Positions 30,863 through 34,977 of a DNA stretch of 34,977 nt are shown here, piece by piece. Each line of letters begins with the position of its first letter. Within the stretch, counting starts at the first letter, position 1. The notes beneath the pieces were generated by a model, which was not told the origin of the DNA, did no database searches, and was given only the letters and a program-made list of their open reading frames with translations. A program made the position numbers and the translations under genes. Origin of the DNA: an uncultured Gammaproteobacteria bacterium (GTDB taxonomy: Bacteria > Pseudomonadota > Gammaproteobacteria > UBA9214); assembly GCA_963827755.1 (NCBI GenBank), contig CAWHCQ010000018.1:1-34977 (forward strand), given 5' to 3'.

Positions 30863-32179
30863 CTACCAACAGATCCCATCGTAGCCATCCTCAGCCGAGG
30901 AGCGCCGGTCGATAATCCTGACCAGATCCACAACACACTTGCCGGCCGGAATATCGGCTGCAACCGTGCGGAATTCCTCGGCACCATTACCGATGACAAT
31001 GGTATCCGCATGTTCCAGCACCTCGTCGATGCTATCGACCATCAGCTTCGAAATATGCGGAATATGATTCAGGATATAGTCCTTGTTGGCGCCCACCAGG
31101 CTGGCGATCTTCACGTTCTTGTCATACAGGCGAATGTCATAGCCCTTGCCGATCAGTCGCTCGATCACCTCGACCAGCGGACTCTCGCGCAGATCATCGG
31201 TACCGGCCTTGAAACTGAACCCCAGAATGCCAACTTTCTTGCTGCCCTTTTCGGTAATCATTGCCAGGCCCTTTTCGATCTGCCGGTTGTTGCTCGGAAT
31301 GATGGCATTGATTATCGGCACATCGATATCGCTGGAGCGGGCCTTGTACGTCAGGGCACGCACATCCTTGGGCAGACAGGAGCCACCAAAGGCAAAACCG
31401 GGTTTCATGTAATAGGCAGACAGGTTCAGCTTGGTATCCTTGCAGAAAATATCCATCACTTCGTGGCCATCGATCCCGATGGCCTTGCAGATATTGCCGA
31501 TTTCGTTGGCGAAGCCGACTTTCAGCGCATGCCAGACGTTATCGGTGTACTTCACCATTTCGGCCGTTTCCACGCTGGTGCGCACCAGCGGCGCATCGAG
31601 ATGGGCATAGAGACTCGCCAGCATGTCACCGGCAGCCGAATCGGTTTCACCGATCACGGTCTTGGGCGGATTGTAGTAATCGTAAACCGCGGTACTTTCG
31701 CGCAGGAACTCGGGGTTGTTGCAGACACCGAAATCAACACCGGCCTTCTTGCCGGAAAATTCTTCCAGCACCGGGATGACAACTGAACGCATGCTGCCGG
31801 GCAACATGGTGCTGCGTGCCACAACCACGTGAAAGGCCTCTTTTACCTTCAGTGCCGCACCGATTTCCTCACACACCTTGCGCACATATTTCAGGTCAAG
31901 GCTGCCGTTGGGCTGGCTGGGTGTGCCGACACAGATCAGGGAAATATCGGAACCCTGCACGGCCTCCTGCACATCCTGCGTCGCACTCAACAGGCCATCA
32001 GCAACCGCCTGTTGTACGATCTCGCCGATATCCTTTTCGATGACGGGCGTCTGGCCGGCATTGATCAGGTCCACCTTGGGCTGATAGGGATCCACACCAA
32101 TGACGGTATGCCCGTCCTTCGCCAGGCAGCCTGCCGAGACCGCCCCGACATAGCCCAGTCCAAAGATACTGATTTTCAT
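30863..32179 (-). CDS. algD: Nucleotide-sugar 6-dehydrogenase, GDP-mannose 6-dehydrogenase (AlgD)-like
   Basis: MKISIFGLGYVGAV, GKKAGVDFG, NPEFLRESTA, PGFAFGGSCLPKDVRAL, FKAGTDDLRESP and the C-terminal GICW characteristic of AlgD. Confidence 0.8.
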   Translation of the reverse strand: MKISIFGLGYVGAVSAGCLAKDGHTVIGVDPYQPKVDLINAGQTPVIEKDIGEIVQQAVADGLLSATQDVQEAVQGSDISLICVGTPSQPNGSLDLKYVRKVCEEIGAALKVKEAFHVVVARSTMLPGSMRSVVIPVLEEFSGKKAGVDFGVCNNPEFLRESTAVYDYYNPPKTVIGETDSAAGDMLASLYAHLDAPLVRTSVETAEMVKYTDNVWHALKVGFANEIGNICKAIGIDGHEVMDIFCKDTKLNLSAYYMKPGFAFGGSCLPKDVRALTYKARSSDIDVPIINAIIPSNNRQIEKGLAMITEKGSKKVGILGFSFKAGTDDLRESPLVEVIERLIGKGYDIRLYDKNVKIASLVGANKDYILNHIPHISKLMVDSIDEVLEHADTIVIGNGAEEFRTVAADIPAGKCVVDLVRIIDRRSSAEDGYDGICW

Positions 32180-32619
32180 AACTTTTCCTTTCTGATTTTT
32201 TATGCGCACCGCAAATCACACATGATTGTCATCATCCCGTTCGCTGATGACCGACCGGTCATGCAGCGGCCTGCGAGAATACCATGCGCCGTACCCCAAA
32301 GGGTTGGCGCAGTTTTTCTCTAGAGTCCGGAGAATACCATCCCAGCACGGAATCCGTATTACCTTAGGAATCCAAATAATTACCCGCGGTAATACCTCAT
32401 TAACAATGGTTTTCAAAAGTAGGTATTACCCGGTCACTCCCCAGTATGCAGTGTGAAACTGACCTTTGCCCTGCAGGTATCCCAGTTCAAGTGAGACTGT
32501 TTCCATAGTATCAAGCCGCCTATGCTTCGTACACTGCACTGATTTAAACTCTGTAAGCTGTGTGGCCATACAGCATAATAGTGGTAGCGCCAGCCATCAA
32601 GACGCTCTGAGGTTTGCTT

Positions 32620-32958
32620 GGCGGCCTGGGTTTCCTGGCTATCTGCACTTGTTCAGTTGAGACAGGTAGTGTGCAATGCTTTCCTCGATCTGTTACAGAC
32701 AACGCTTGATTCTCGACTTGGTGAACTTACGGTCCCGGTTGTTCACTGCCTTGAATATGCTGCCACCATCGCTACGAATACTTCAGTAAATAGCTCAAGC
32801 TTGCGACAGATCAATACGAACTCGCGGCAGGCCTTCTGGATGGTTTTCTCATTGTCCTTCCAGAAATGGTACCGGGTCCCCCCAATTTAACCTGTCATCT
32901 CATGGCTTTCCTGAATGAAAGCAACATTATATTTATTTCTGGGTTTTCACACAGTCTG
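32620..32958 (-). pseudogene. Degenerate IS1182-family transposase fragment with a probable terminal repeat
   Basis: Minus-strand translation FWKDNEKTIQKACREFVLICRKLELF../GSIFKAVNNRDRKFT..CL*QIEESIAHYL, with a frameshift and a stop. GTTTTCACACAGTCTG at 32943-32958 resembles IS1182 ends (from recall). Confidence 0.7.
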
Positions 32959-33784
32959 AACCCTTTTCGGTCATTCCACATACTGGCATCAGACCTTGAC
33001 TAAAATCAATTCTCATTCTTTACTGATGGAGTACCACCGGAATAGCCAGCTAGCAAGAACAATCGGTAATACTGGAATATAAGTATTTGCGGAGGAAATC
33101 ATTATTAAGAAGTTACATTTGTCGGGTGCCGTGAGCTTGTTGATCAGTAGTTTTTCAGCGCCTGGCCCGGGACAAAGTCATTCATATGGGATGACATGTA
33201 CGGGATGCCGTGATTCAGTGACCTTCCTGGTGATAACTTCTTGAGCAATACTTACGGATTCTCCGTCGAGAGCTTGACTATCGTGGGATCTGGAATAGTA
33301 AGTACTGTACCAATCCACCAAGCCCACTGGCTCTTAGCTAATGGCCTAATTAGGTCTAATAAATATAACTAGGAGAAGGTCATGAAGGAGTCACGTCTAT
33401 TGGTTGCTGTGTATGGTGCTATACTGCATAGCCCATCAATGCAGTAAAAAGAAACAGTTCATAAAGATTCTTGCCTTTATCTCGTTGATAACAGGGTTTT
33501 GCTACCAAAGCTTTGGATTATGCTTATCCCAACAACTTTTGATCTTGATCCTGTATACCTCGGTGCAGTGGGTCAATATAAGCCACTAAAAGTAAGCGGT
33601 TAGCGAACGCCGGCTGAAGTACTGAGACAGCATGATGTTAAAAACCGACTCTCACTGGAAATACTCGAGCGGGTTCAACTGGTGAGCGCAGCACTTTATC
33701 TTGCACAAAAAGATGGAGTGTGAGCCATAGTTTACCGGCCGTATTACAGGACGACACCTGCATCAAGATGATGCGCTCGTTTAT

Positions 33785-34754
33785 CTACACACGACCCGAA
33801 TATTGGAATGATACATCGGCGTCTGATAACGGCCGGTCTTTCACCCATTGGGACGCGTAATCAGACTCAATGAGCCACGATGCTCTGCCGTGATTTAGAT
33901 AAACCAGCGGCATGTCGTTCGTGCGAAGAGGAATTTCCAGCCACGCCTTCGCTTTAATATGTCGTAACATCATGCCAACTGCACGCCGGCTGGGCCGTTC
34001 TATCAGTCCTTCATGTGCCGCCATCCGAATGTCGAAGGGCTCCTCCCACACCACCTGAATCAGAGAGTTATCGGATGGATATACCTGGGTGTCAAGCAAG
34101 ACGATGTCGCGCGAAACGGCTGCCACACGCTCGAGGACTGACAATGAACTGGGCAAGTGGTACATGATTCCGAGCATACCATTTCTTCACTGATCTCCAA
34201 CGCTTTCCGGTGTCATATCCCAGAAATCCATCACGCTGAAGGTAATGTTCCCGATACCGGTCGTATCCTTGAGCAGTTCTGCCTGCTCGATAAGCTCCGG
34301 TCGCGCGTCGAATCCCAACCACCTCCGCACCGAGCAGTGCACACTGGAGTGACCAGAAGCCAGAATTGCAGGCAATGTCCAGCACACGCTTGCCCTCCAG
34401 ACTGCCACCGCAAGCCGCAACCAGATAGGGCATGAAATGCTGAAAGCGCTGCAGGGGTCGCCGGATGTTCGTGTACTCCACGCCGGGGCGGTTGTTTTTG
34501 CTTCGCAGTGCCAGTCCACCTTCGAATTCATAGGCGTACTGCCAAAATTCGTGTTCGGCGAAGGCGGCTTTAATCTTCGCGTCGGTATGCAAACCTTGAT
34601 CGCGCGGCAAGGGCCAGACCGGCTTCATTTCACCAGGATTTAGTACGCCGTGTGGCAAGTCACCATAGCGTGAATAATCATCTGTCTCTCGATTAGTCGG
34701 TAACAATTCGTAGCCGAACTTGCGGAGCGTGTTCTTTATCGTTTTTTTTAGCAT
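33785..34754 (-). CDS. Class I SAM-dependent methyltransferase (frameshifts ~34315, ~34180)
   Basis: GKRVLDIACNSGFWS (motif I), GFDARPELIEQA and LGIMYHL in three consecutive frames. Confidence 0.75.
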
Positions 34755-34977
34755 GTACGTCCTTCCAGTTTAATTAAGTATAGAAAGCATAACCCATACA
34801 TCACGATGTAATCCAGCCGAATAATGGCTGTGCGCCCCGCTGGCCGCAGGGTAGACAATAAGAGAACAGCGTCCGGTTCGCGAAGGCGTCCGGCTTCTCG
34901 CACCATGCTGGAGTGGCCGCCAAAGCCCTATCAGTGGCAAAAGCTCGAGCGGATGTGCCGTACAGTCCGTCCATAGC

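Noticed and set aside
32579-32592. ops/JUMPStart element (GTGGTAGCG)
   Set aside because: Imperfect match, and on the strand opposite to the operon.

Overview
GC-rich gammaproteobacterial-type chromosome segment. Many single-base frameshifts in conserved genes suggest an error-prone long-read consensus. The left half is housekeeping: waaC, waaF, ilvE, glnE, a PilU-like ATPase, an NDP-sugar epimerase, groEL/groES with a perfect CIRCE, fxsA, cutA and a DsbD with two N-terminal domains. The right half is a minus-strand exosortase/exopolysaccharide locus: PrsR, PrsK, a TPR lipoprotein, fcl, gmd, a WecA-like transferase, an XrtD-like exosortase-EpsI fusion, a GT4 and an AlgD-like dehydrogenase, followed by an IS1182 remnant and a SAM methyltransferase. 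Intergenic DNA carries three repeat classes: several GTAG-type REP/REPIN families, TCTCACT heptamer arrays, and about 14 copies of a triple-CACGGAA motif. The most notable structure lies between gmd and fcl. A GxxExxY (PD-(D/E)xK-like) nuclease gene is enclosed by a perfect 41-bp inverted pair of the CACGGAA motif, and the adjacent VapBC toxin-antitoxin pair sits between two identical 43-bp direct copies. Gene-less inverted pairs of the same motif occur nearby. This could be a nuclease-plus-dispersed-repeat mobile or cassette system analogous to RAYT/REPIN; that interpretation is inference.
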